In this document: in pieces, positions 45,678-56,105 of the stretch | Position numbering within the stretch: the first letter of the stretch is position 1 | Layout of the letters: each line of letters starts with the position of its first letter | Assembly: GCA_001661245.1 (NCBI GenBank) | Contig: KV454011.1 | Coordinates: 523,498-587,497, forward strand | DNA length: 64,000 nucleotides | Reading direction: 5' to 3' | Source: Pachysolen tannophilus NRRL Y-2460 | Lineage: Eukaryota | Made by a program: the position numbers and the translations under genes | Notes under the pieces: model-generated | What the model saw: the letters and a program-made list of their open reading frames with translations, nothing else | Database searches by the model: none | Told to the model about the DNA's origin: nothing

Positions 45678-46469
45678 TTAAACATCCTTGCCGCCAGCAA
45701 CATCTTGTCCTAACTTGTAATTATTAATTGATCTACCCCATTGGACTTTAGCTCTATTAATAGGCAATTGCCTTCTCAAGTTTTTAAAATATTTTTCATT
45801 TAATTCTTGAAATTGAATTAATACATGTTTTTCAAAATCATTTTCAAAATTATTGATAAAAGATACTAAATCATTAAATTCAACTTTAGAATCTTCTAAT
45901 TTCTTATCTGTAATTAATCTAACATTACCATCTTCAAAATAATGAACATTTATTTTAATTTTTCCACTAACTTGTTGTGATACTTTGTCATATTTATAAA
46001 AAGAAGACCATTTACCATTATAAAAATTCTTTGGACTAAATTTTAAATCCAATATTATAATAATAAAATCATTTTCATTTTCAATTAAAATTGATTTAAA
46101 ATGAGATGGGAAATGTTCTTGAACATAAGTCTTCAACGATTTATTTAATTTTAAGTAATCGTCTGATAATTCTAGTTCAAATTCTTCTAAATCAATTGCC
46201 ACCAACTTCTTGAAATCAACGTTAAATTTAGTTTTTGAATCATAATCAACATATTTAGAGCCTTCTTTATTATGTTTCGATATTACTGTATAATCATTTT
46301 TTAATTGTATTAATTCAAAATCATCTGTTAAGAAATCTTCTATTGATGAAGATAAATCTTTTTGATCATCTTGAATTATGGTTTTAATATCCGATACCAC
46401 ATTATGTAACTCACCTGGCGGTGAATCTTTTATCATATCATTTATGATTGAGTCCAATGATGCAGACAT
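45678..46469 (-). CDS. CAP1: F-actin capping protein alpha subunit
   Basis: DSPPGEL, NFYNGKW.S, VHYFEDGNVRL, FK.LRRQLPINR.KVQW. Confidence 0.97.
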   Translation of the reverse strand: MSASLDSIINDMIKDSPPGELHNVVSDIKTIIQDDQKDLSSSIEDFLTDDFELIQLKNDYTVISKHNKEGSKYVDYDSKTKFNVDFKKLVAIDLEEFELELSDDYLKLNKSLKTYVQEHFPSHFKSILIENENDFIIIILDLKFSPKNFYNGKWSSFYKYDKVSQQVSGKIKINVHYFEDGNVRLITDKKLEDSKVEFNDLVSFINNFENDFEKHVLIQFQELNEKYFKNLRRQLPINRAKVQWGRSINNYKLGQDVAGGKDV

Positions 46470-46674
46470 GTTCTAACGATGGATGTATATTTAACAAAAA
46501 TATCAACTCTTTTATTAGAACTTATTTTTTGAAGCCTAAATAATTTTTTTTATATAATAATAATAAGGTGTTGATGTTTTTTATTTTTTTTTTCACATCT
46601 CTTTATACGTAAAAAAATTAAAGTGTGGGTTTTCTATAAACTAAATTAAAAATCTATATATATATATATATATC

Positions 46675-47685
46675 TTATTTGTTGACGTCAATAACAAAGA
46701 AATGAGAGCCTAGAAACATTCTAATTATTTTTTTACTTTCATCTACAAAATCTTTATCATCAAATCCATCAATAATGTTATCAATTTCATTTTTAACTTT
46801 TAATTTCTCTTTATCTGATAACGAAGTAATATAAGATCTTGATTCCCAATAAGGATAAACTTTATCTTTTGCAATATTCAAATTTTTGAAAGTAAATCCT
46901 TCAAAAACAGTATTTCTACTGAAAAAATCTTGATTTTTAAAAGTTTTTCTCCATTTACCGTGTCTATATTGAGGAACATTAATATCATATGAATAAATAT
47001 AATTGGCGATAAGATCCCATTTTGATGTATTAATGCATAGATAATTAATCAATTTTTCTAATTTTTTTACATCAGATTTAATAAAATTTCCACTGTTGTA
47101 AATAAATTCTTGACTTAATTTTTTCAATTCATCATTTTGATAATCTAATGAATAATTTTCAAGATTTTCATCTTGAAAAAAAACATGAGCATTACTTGAT
47201 GCATCAAAATTCCAAATAAATCCTAATTTACCTTTTGGTTTTAAAATTCTATACATTTCTTTTAATGAATTAGTATCCGCAAACCAATGATAACCTTGTG
47301 CAACAATAATAATATCAGCACTATTATCTTCCAATGGAATTTCATAACTTGAACCATTTAATATACATTCTGGATTTAAATTTGGAAATCTTTTTTTAAA
47401 TGATTCAATCATTCCAATTGAGGGTTCAACAGTTACTAAATTTGATTTATTATTCCAACCACAATTGATTAAATTAGTTGTAAATTTACCTGTTCCTGAA
47501 GCAATTTCTACAATTTTTAAATCATTACGATATTGATTTGTATCAAAATTATAAGCATTTAACTTGTGTAAAAATGAATTAACAAAATCTTTATCATAAT
47601 CTGGTCTTACTTGATCATATAATACATGATTTGAATTAAAAGAATTTAATGAATTTGGGTTTACGCTTCTATGATCAATTGACAT
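46675..47685 (-). CDS. Class I SAM-dependent small-molecule methyltransferase
   Basis: YDQVRPDY, EIASGTGKFT, VEPS.GM, AQGYHWF, EMYRILKPKG.LGFIWN, SRSYI. Confidence 0.9.
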   Translation of the reverse strand: MSIDHRSVNPNSLNSFNSNHVLYDQVRPDYDKDFVNSFLHKLNAYNFDTNQYRNDLKIVEIASGTGKFTTNLINCGWNNKSNLVTVEPSIGMIESFKKRFPNLNPECILNGSSYEIPLEDNSADIIIVAQGYHWFADTNSLKEMYRILKPKGKLGFIWNFDASSNAHVFFQDENLENYSLDYQNDELKKLSQEFIYNSGNFIKSDVKKLEKLINYLCINTSKWDLIANYIYSYDINVPQYRHGKWRKTFKNQDFFSRNTVFEGFTFKNLNIAKDKVYPYWESRSYITSLSDKEKLKVKNEIDNIIDGFDDKDFVDESKKIIRMFLGSHFFVIDVNK

Positions 47686-48104
47686 ACTTGCGCATCTATA
47701 ACTTAAAGTTGAAGCTTATTAAAAGATTGGATCTTTATTAACTTTTTAAAATATTAAAATATATATATATATTATATTTATATATATATTAATGTGAGTT
47801 AGTTAATTAATTAGTTAATTTCTTTGCAGGTGAGGCTCAAAATTATATTTAAATTGAAAAATAATAATAATGATGAAATTCAGCACCATTACTACATCAA
47901 AACCATCTTCTTTAAGCTATATTTTTTTTCCTTTAAATTACATATACTACAAATCGAGTTCTGATAAAAGGTAGACTGTTAATAATAAAAAAAAAAGCTA
48001 AAAATCCAAAATGCCATGTCATGCCATCCTATTAATAAAACAAAAGAAACCAAAAAAAGAATTTTGTTACCTTAATTTTGTCTTTCTTCTTCTTCTCTGT
48101 TCAC

Positions 48105-48543
48105 TCACCAGAATTTAAATAAAGTCCATAAAATGAAAAAAGCTAATAATCCAATACCAATCATTCTAAATGTATTACTGTTTGCATTAATAACTCTAGC
48201 TAATTTATTTGATGTGTTTTTAACCTTATTTAAAAACGAGGACATAGCGCTATTTGCAGCGTCTAAATTATATTGATCTTGAAGTGATTGATCATGAACA
48301 TCCTGTGTTACTTTTCTAAAAGTTGATATTTTTGAAGCCAACAGGTCAAACCTTTCATTATTCTAAATATATATATATATATATATATAATTTTTATTTT
48401 AATATTAGTCTTTGCTCATAAATTACAATCCTGATCCATCATTTCAAACTTGCACATAAAGAAAAGAAAAAAGAAAAAAAGAAAAAAAGAAAAAACTTGT
48501 AACTTACCTCAGATTCCCTTTGAGCATAGGTACTGCTTGACAT
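48105..48543 (-). CDS. SFT1: Golgi Qc-SNARE, 97 aa; exons 48543-48508 and 48362-48105
   Basis: Spliced MSSSTYAQRESENNERFD.LASKISTFR...RMIGIGLLAFFILWTLFK; C-terminal TM anchor. Confidence 0.92.
48363..48507 (-). other. Spliceosomal intron of SFT1 (145 nt)
   Basis: GTAAGT donor, GACTAAT at 48410-48404, (TA)n run, TAG acceptor. Confidence 0.88.
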
Positions 48544-49265
48544 TGTTTATTAATAATAATATATGTATATTATGTATATATATCTACTGTTAGATAATAG
48601 ATACTTTTAGTTACTTTTACTATATAGACAAACAACTCATAATAGATAAACTTTTAATACTGTATTATCGGAGTTCTATACACGACTCCGTTTTCTATAT
48701 AGAAAATTTCTTTTTACTCTTTTATGGCTTTATCTTTTGCTAATCAAATGCTATAACATAAACTGTTGTTACTTTATAATAAATAACAAAGTATTAATTA
48801 GTTAGTAAAATGGATAATAACTAAATAATGAATTCTTGCTAAACTTCTTGTTCTTTTTCCTGTTCTCTTTTTGTTTGTTTGTTTGTTCAGACTATAATTA
48901 TATTTTCGCATGCCATAGAAAAACGTTGAATGAAACTAGGCGTTGTTTCCGTTATTCCACCCTTGATCGCAAATTATATCATCATAAAAGAGAAAAGGAA
49001 AAAAACCACAATTCTTTTGTTAAAGTTCAGTCCATGAATTTTTCCTTGTTTTCTCTTTCTCTTTTTCTTTCTCTTTCATTGAAAAGAATAGAAATTTAGC
49101 TTACTAGTTGATAAAAGGTGTTCTACATACCAATTGATTAATCTTGAAAAAACTCAATTCAATAATCCCATTAATAAGTTAATGAGTATATTATTGTTAA
49201 TGTATACAGTACTATTTGTAAACTATAATAAAGACTTACCTTGTTCTTCTTCTTCTTTTTTTTAG

Positions 49266-49381
49266 TTTAGGGTTGTTTACCCTAAAGATCAAGACATTTT
49301 AACCTTATTGGGACTTCGCAGTCACTTTTCTTTTTAATAAGGAAAAAAAAGTTTAGAAAATCGACCTTCCCAATATGGTAA
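49266..49381. promoter_or_regulatory. Ribosomal-protein promoter module: inverted Tbf1-like pair, Homol-D box and Mcm1-like site
   Basis: TTTAGGG-N7-CCCTAAA (49266-49286), CAGTCAC (49319-49325), TTCC-CAATAT-GGTAA (49367-49381). Confidence 0.7.
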
Positions 49382-49668
49382 TTTTGTTTTTTTATAAGCT
49401 AAAAAAACCCGAAAAAAAATTATTTTTAAAAAAAATTGTTTGTTTTGTTTTGTTTTGTTTTTTAATAGTAATTTTCGCCTATGAATTTCTGATCCAAAGC
49501 GCACTATCTTTTTTTCTCAAAATTTTTTTTTTTTTTTTCTTCTTTTTTTTTTTTTTGCCCAAGAAGAAAAGTTATTCGAATTAATACTTGTACATAAAAC
49601 TTTTTAAATATTTTATAATTTTTTTAATATAATCCTGTTAATCATTTAAAAATAAAATTATATTAAAA

Positions 49669-50398
49669 ATGTCATCAGTTAAAGCTTCAAACTGGAGATT
49701 GGTCGAAGTTGGTCGTGTTGTTTTAGTCAACAACAAGCAATTAGCCACCATTGTTGAAATCATTGACCAAAAGAGAGTATGTGAAAAATTTCAGTAATGG
49801 AAGAAGAATAAGAAAAGGTAGTAAATGAGCAAAGAGAAATATAATATAATAAATAGAATAAGCAATATTAAAGTATGAGATTTGGTTTTTGGTTTTTGCT
49901 ACTCTATGGCTTTTTCTATGGTATTTAGAATAGAAGGAGTAGCTGCTTGCCATTTTTTTTTTTTTTTATGAAACATAACTTGATCTCATCTTTTAAGAAT
50001 ATTACTCGAGAAATTTCCATTGATGTTGTATTTGCTACCTTTTTCAAGCTTTTTTTTTGAGTTATAACGAATGATATACTAACTAACTAATTATTTTTTT
50101 ATTTTAGGTTTTAATCGATGGCCCAACCACTGGTGTCGCCAGACAAGTTTACTCATTAGCTAGACTTGTTTTAACTCCACTTGTTTTGGAAAACTTACCA
50201 AGAGGATCAAGATCTTCAACTGTTGCTAAGAAATTCACTGCTGCAGAAATTGCTAACAAATGGGCTCAAACATCATGGGCTAAGAAAATTGCTCAAAGAG
50301 AAAGAAGAAGAGAGTTAACCGATTTTGAAAGATTCCAAGTTTTAGTCTTAAAGAAGCAAAGAAAATTTGCTGTTAAGAAAGCCGTTGCTAAGGCTTAA
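49669..50398 (+). CDS. RPL14: 60S ribosomal protein eL14, 132 aa; exons 49669-49776 and 50108-50398
   Basis: [18 protein letters not shown]...[15 protein letters not shown]...[19 protein letters not shown]; strong codon bias. Confidence 0.98.
49777..50107 (+). other. Spliceosomal intron of RPL14 (331 nt)
   Basis: GTATGT donor, TACTAAC at 50077-50083, TAG acceptor. Confidence 0.97.
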
Positions 50399-50626
50399 TT
50401 TTTGTAAAAAAAAAAATAATAGAAATTTTCAGGAAAAAAAAAAATTGGAAAAATGAAAAGAAAAAGAGAAGAAGACAAGAAATAATATATTAGTTTATAT
50501 ATATATATTTGGGTATATTTGTTTTTTTTTTTATAATAATTTTAGGTTTATTACTTTTATCTCTTTACCAGTAACTAATTTTTTAATTTTGTAAGTTAAA
50601 ATATTTTTAACCTAAAGACGTAAATT

Positions 50627-50655
50627 GTGTGTGTGTGTGTGGGTGTGTGTGTGTG
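50627..50655. repeat. (GT)n microsatellite
   Basis: gtgtgtgtgtgtgtgggtgtgtgtgtgtg between the convergent RPL14 and BYE1 genes. Confidence 0.9.
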
Positions 50656-50827
50656 AAAATTTACATTATTATACAAATTAACCTATTAATTTAAAAAAAT
50701 ATCGAAGCTGAAGTCGTACTCCATTCACCTCCTATAATACAAAATCAAGAAAAAAAAAAAATTTCATAGCACATAAGGCCTTGCACTTTTCATAATAATA
50801 CACTTTGGAAAACTTTTAGTCTACTCT

Positions 50828-53350
50828 TTATTGTTGCTGTTGCTGTTGTTGTTGTTGTTGTTGTTGCTCTAACAATCTCAATAAATTCAATTGCTGTTCA
50901 GTATAATTCCCATTACTAGTTTTCAACAATTGCAGAATCTGTTGTTGTAAATGTGGCGGTAAACTACTTATCAAATTTTGTTGGATTTCAGATTGTGATA
51001 AATTATTGTTTGAATTTCCTGTAACATTGGTTTGCTTTGTGGAATTAGTGTGAGATGAGGTGATAGGTGCAGTTGCAGTATCACCGTCTAACTCGGTTTC
51101 ATAATTTTTCTTTATCACAAATATTAAAAATAACCTATCTTCTTCTTCTTCTTCATCACCATCAATACTTTTAAATAAATTTTCATGTTTATAAAATTTT
51201 TTAAATAATTTAATCAACTCTTTATTTGAGATATCATTATACAATTTCTCATTAAAATTTTTACTTGTTTCTTTATCTATTGGTAATAAATAACAGTCTT
51301 TCATAAACAGAGGTCTATCACCTATAACACCAATTTTCTCCTTTGAATAAAAATAATCAAATAATCTTTTAAAATTATTTTTATTACTAAAATTTTCATA
51401 TTCATTTGAAATTAAAGATGGTTTCAATTCAACTATTGTTAAATTTCTCGTTGCTAATATTTTATTTAAATAACTTATAGCTTTTCCTAAATTTAACCTA
51501 CCTTCAATCTCTAAATAACTTGATGATTTAAATTTTGATAAAATCTTACCAGTTGATTCAACTTCTTTTTGAATAAATTTTAAAATATTATTTGTTGAAG
51601 GATTTCTTGTAGTAGATATAAATTTAGCAGATGCTGAAAAATTCACTGTTCCAGGGAAAATTATTTCACCATTCCATACTATCTTATTTTTACAAATTTT
51701 CAATTCTTCTTGATTAGTATCATTACTATAACTGTTGCTGTTCTTTGTTGGTGAAATATCCAATCTCTTGGAAGGATCATATTCATCATTATGATTGTTA
51801 TCCTTTTTTTCTTTATTATTATTATTATTATTATTATTCCCATTAAGAATGAGATCCAAATCTGTATCTAATCCAACATCTTCATATTCATAATTATTAT
51901 TTTCTTTCCCTGGATTTTCTGCCTTGTCATGGTGATCAGGTAAATAATCATCAGGGGACTCTGCATTTATATGAATATTTGATGTAAATTTATTCGAATT
52001 TTTATCCATTTCTCCATCTTGTTGCTCTTCTGGTTCTGCAGATGTTGTTAAGGCAAATGGATCTTCTTCTTGTTCTTGTTCATGTTCATGATCTTGTTCT
52101 TTTTCTGGTTGGTACTTATCTGGAGATTCCGATTTTGAAACACCATCTTCTCTTTCAATAGACGATTGTCTACTGATGTTATTTACATGAGCCGCTGAAG
52201 CTGTAATACTTTCTGTATTAGTAGTTTCTTCATTATCATCCTCTACCATTTCATCACCTTTATGTGTTTTCTTAAATTTTGGTTTTAACACAGGTTTCAA
52301 TATACTATTTTGAATTGAATCTTGCAAGACTTTTTTATTAAATTCTTGTAAATCTGGATTAAGTAATTCATTTGAAGACATTAATGATAATTTTTCTAAA
52401 GATAATTCATTTGTTAAAATTTTTTCAAATAAAATATTTTTTCATCTTTTAAATTTGATAATAAAGATCTTGATTTTTCCAAATATTTTGAACCTGGAGA
52501 TTCTGAAATTGTATTCAAATTTATAGAATAATGTTTAAAAATTGAAGATTCTAATTCCAATGCAAATTTTTGTGATAATTTAACTGCATCTGATTCAATT
52601 GAATTTTTATTTGTCTTGAGAATTTTTTTATAAAATAATTGTTGAAAATTTTTAGCTACTGAATATCTTGTCTTATTAAATTTTAAAGAATCTATAGTAT
52701 TACTTTTAAATTTTTTTTCAATAAATATTCTTCAATTGTTAATTTTAATTCTAAATTTTTATAATTGGATGGATTACAAATATTACAAGTATAATTTTTA
52801 GGAATTTTTCTTGAATTTGTATGACCCAATACACATAAAGCATGTTGCCAAGTTTTACATTTTGAACATTCAACCATTAACCCGCGCTCATCATTTTCTT
52901 CATCATAATTGTCATCTGTAGTTCCACATACCAAGCACCTAACTGATTCGTTTTCCTCTGGCTCCAAACTAGGATCCAAACTAGGATCAGAAATAACATC
53001 AACTTTCATCAATTTTTGTTTTTAACTTTACTAGGAATCACATCTGGATCTGGATCTGAATTTACTCTCTTAATCGCTGACCCAGAAAGAGAATCAGAAA
53101 CAAAATCAGAATCTACCGCCGACGCAGCTGCCGATGCAGCCGCCAATTTTTCATTCCCTCCTTTGCTTTCATCCTCCTGATCCTCAGCAAAAACATCCGT
53201 ATATACTTCATTCTCATAATCTAACCTTGAATTTCTGCCTCTAGTTGATCTGGCAGAACGGCGGATCCCATCAATCGGTGCATCGGCGCTACTATCGCCA
53301 CTACCATCATCTATAGAAGTAGAAGCGGTGATATTACCCTTGCGCAGCAT
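50828..53350 (-). CDS. BYE1: PHD + TFIIS-M + SPOC transcription factor (about 841 aa), split by three frameshifts
   Basis: RRSARSTRG; PHD (VRCLVCG...MVECSKCKTWQHALC...YTCNIC); TFIIS-M (KY.EKSRSLLSNLKD...LMSSNELLNPDL, KKTHKGD); SPOC (VWNGEI, IEGRL, KDCYLLP). One A is missing at 53019-23, 52711-18 and 52437-42. Confidence 0.88.
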
Positions 53351-54288
53351 ACGAACTTCAAAAAAAAAAAAAAAAAAAATCTCTCTTTCTCAAATAGATT
53401 AATTTACAATAACTTGTATATAAAGATATTTGTATAAATTTATTTATATATAAATATTATTATATATTATTTTATATAGTTAGAATTGTTTGGAAAGTTG
53501 TTATTGGAAAAGTTTTGGAGAAAACAAAATTTTTCCGGAGAAGTTTCACTAGTAAACAGCCGATGACTTTTAAAAAGTTGTATCTCCTAAAAGGAAACCT
53601 TTTATTTAAGTGCTCGGAATTAAACTGTTTGCTAAGAAAAGAAGAAAAAAAAAAAAAGAAATGACCGACCCGAGAGAGTTTGAGAATCCGGTTACAACAA
53701 ACAAAACACGGGGTTTTCGCCTATGTAAATCTACTAGATTTCTAGTGCTTGACCTCTAGTTACCGTCCACAGGTACTATTTATTTACAAACTAACTTTGA
53801 ATTTTGGTCTGTCAGTTACGTAATAATGAAAACAGAAAAGAAATAAAAAAAAATAAAAAATAAAAAAAAAAAAGAAATAAAAAAGGCTCTGAAAATTAGG
53901 ACATAAATTTTTTCTCCGAGAATATATATTTTAAGTATATAATATCATATATCATCTCATATTATTTTTGCTTTTTTAAAAAATTTTAAACTATTTATAT
54001 TATATTAAATTAATTTAATCATTAAATATACTAATTTAAAAATTATTAAAATTATTTTGATATTTCGAATTGATATTAATTTAATTCGAATTTCTAACCG
54101 CCGTTGATACTTTTTGTTTATTTTTTTTTTTTTTTCTTTCTTTTGTTTTTTTTGTTTTGTTTTCTTTATTTTTTTCTTAAAATTTGATTTTATTTTGTTT
54201 TAATTTTTTATTTTATTTTTTCTCATAATTGCTCTATAGAAAAGAGAATTAATAAGAGTAATAACTAATAATTAATAACTAATATCAT

Positions 54289-55704
54289 ATGAGAATGGGG
54301 TATCCGGCTGTTATACGGAAACCGTATAATCTTTATCGTTATTATTTTTTATCAGAAAAGCAAACAAATGAATTTGATTTGAATTGGAATTTGAATCCAA
54401 TGGATTCAATTCGTAAGTTGTATCACTACAAGCCAAGATCATTTGCAGAAGGTTTACATTATACTTTTCTTTTTTCCACAATATTATTTGTGTTTATAAT
54501 TTTACCAGTTTCATTTTTTGTCAAATTTTTAATTTTTGCATTTTTCAGTTTCTTATTTACAGTTCCAATGTTATCTCAATTTTTTTTCAGTGCTTTACCT
54601 ATTTTAACATGGGTTTTTTTCTATTTTTCAGCATCAAAAATTCCAACTTCTTGGAGACCACCAATTTCAGTTAAATATTTACCATCAATGGAAACTATTT
54701 TTTATGGTGATAATTTAAGTGATATCTTGGCAACTTCAACCAATATGTTTTTGGATTTATTGGCTTGGTTCCCTTATGGAATAATTCATTTTAGCGTTCC
54801 ATTCATATTGGCTGCATTTATCTTTTTATTTGCTCCTCCAACAGCTTTAAGATCTTATGCAACAGCTTTTGGTTATATGAATTTACTTGGTGTCATTGTA
54901 CAAAGTACTCTTCCAGCTGCTCCTCCTTGGTATAAAGTATTATATGGATTGGAACCAGCAGATTATTCAATGACAGGTTCTGCAGGTGGATTGGGAAGAA
55001 TAGACAAATTATTTGGTTTTGATATGTATTCATCAAATTTTGCAAATTCTCCAGTCATTTTTGGAGCTTTCCCATCATTACATAGTGGTGCTGCTACAAT
55101 GGAAGCTTTATTCTTGTCATATTTATTCCCAAGATTTAAACCTCTTTGGTGGGGATATGTTTTCTGGTTATGGTGGTGTACAATGTATTTGACCCATCAC
55201 TATTTCATAGATTTAATTGCTGGATCTTGTCTTTCATTGATTTGCTTTGCAACTGTCAAATATACAACATTGCCAATAAGAGACAGAAACAAGTTTTGCC
55301 GTTTTAGTTATACAAAACTTGAATATGTCAATTTGATCTCTTTAGATCCATCACCAAATTATCATCCATTAAATGACAATATAGATGAAGAAATTGAACT
55401 CGCATCAATGGATCCTTCCACTCCGATCTCAAATCTATCGGTTTCTGTCAACAACAACAGCAATCGCAGCAACAGCAGCAGCAACAATAATAATAGAGCA
55501 GAATCACCAATCTTAACCTCATCAAATGTCACCTTACCGGTTAACGCTACTTCTGCTCTTTTCCCAAACGGATTGTATCAACGTTCGGTTAGTTCTTCTT
55601 CAAACAGTTCAACTGCTGGATCAATATTTGATGAAGGCGGAAAATCAATACCCAATACCTCTTCAACAAGCTTGAGCAGTTTGGATGGAAGCAGTAACAA
55701 ATGA
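54289..55704 (+). CDS. AUR1: Inositol phosphorylceramide synthase
   Basis: ALPILTW, WRPPISVK.LP.METI.YGDNLS, PAAPPWY, GAFPSLHSG, TMYLTHHYFIDL. Confidence 0.97.
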   Translation: MRMGYPAVIRKPYNLYRYYFLSEKQTNEFDLNWNLNPMDSIRKLYHYKPRSFAEGLHYTFLFSTILFVFIILPVSFFVKFLIFAFFSFLFTVPMLSQFFFSALPILTWVFFYFSASKIPTSWRPPISVKYLPSMETIFYGDNLSDILATSTNMFLDLLAWFPYGIIHFSVPFILAAFIFLFAPPTALRSYATAFGYMNLLGVIVQSTLPAAPPWYKVLYGLEPADYSMTGSAGGLGRIDKLFGFDMYSSNFANSPVIFGAFPSLHSGAATMEALFLSYLFPRFKPLWWGYVFWLWWCTMYLTHHYFIDLIAGSCLSLICFATVKYTTLPIRDRNKFCRFSYTKLEYVNLISLDPSPNYHPLNDNIDEEIELASMDPSTPISNLSVSVNNNSNRSNSSSNNNNRAESPILTSSNVTLPVNATSALFPNGLYQRSVSSSSNSSTAGSIFDEGGKSIPNTSSTSLSSLDGSSNK

Positions 55705-56105
55705 ATCAAATAACAGTTTTTGAGAAAAATCAGCATAGAAACTAATTTTATCCATTCATTTTCAAAAGTTTTTTTTTCATAATAAAAAAAAATAAAATAA
55801 AAAAAAAGAATACATATATAATGAAAGGGAGTCATTTTTAATGAAAGTTTGTGTTTATTTGTCGTTGTCTTTTTGTTTTAATACCTGGGTAATTGTTTTT
55901 TTATAATCATTTAATATGAATTTGTCTTTTAATTAATTTTCTTGAAAAGAAAAAAAAAAATAAATAAAAAAAAATATTTACATATATTTTATATACTTAA
56001 TTCATAATCATAGTAATAATTAATAAATAATAATTAAAATTAATGAAATTTAATAATAATTCAATTCAATTGATTGTAGAATTTATTTTGTGATGGGTTA
56101 AAAGT

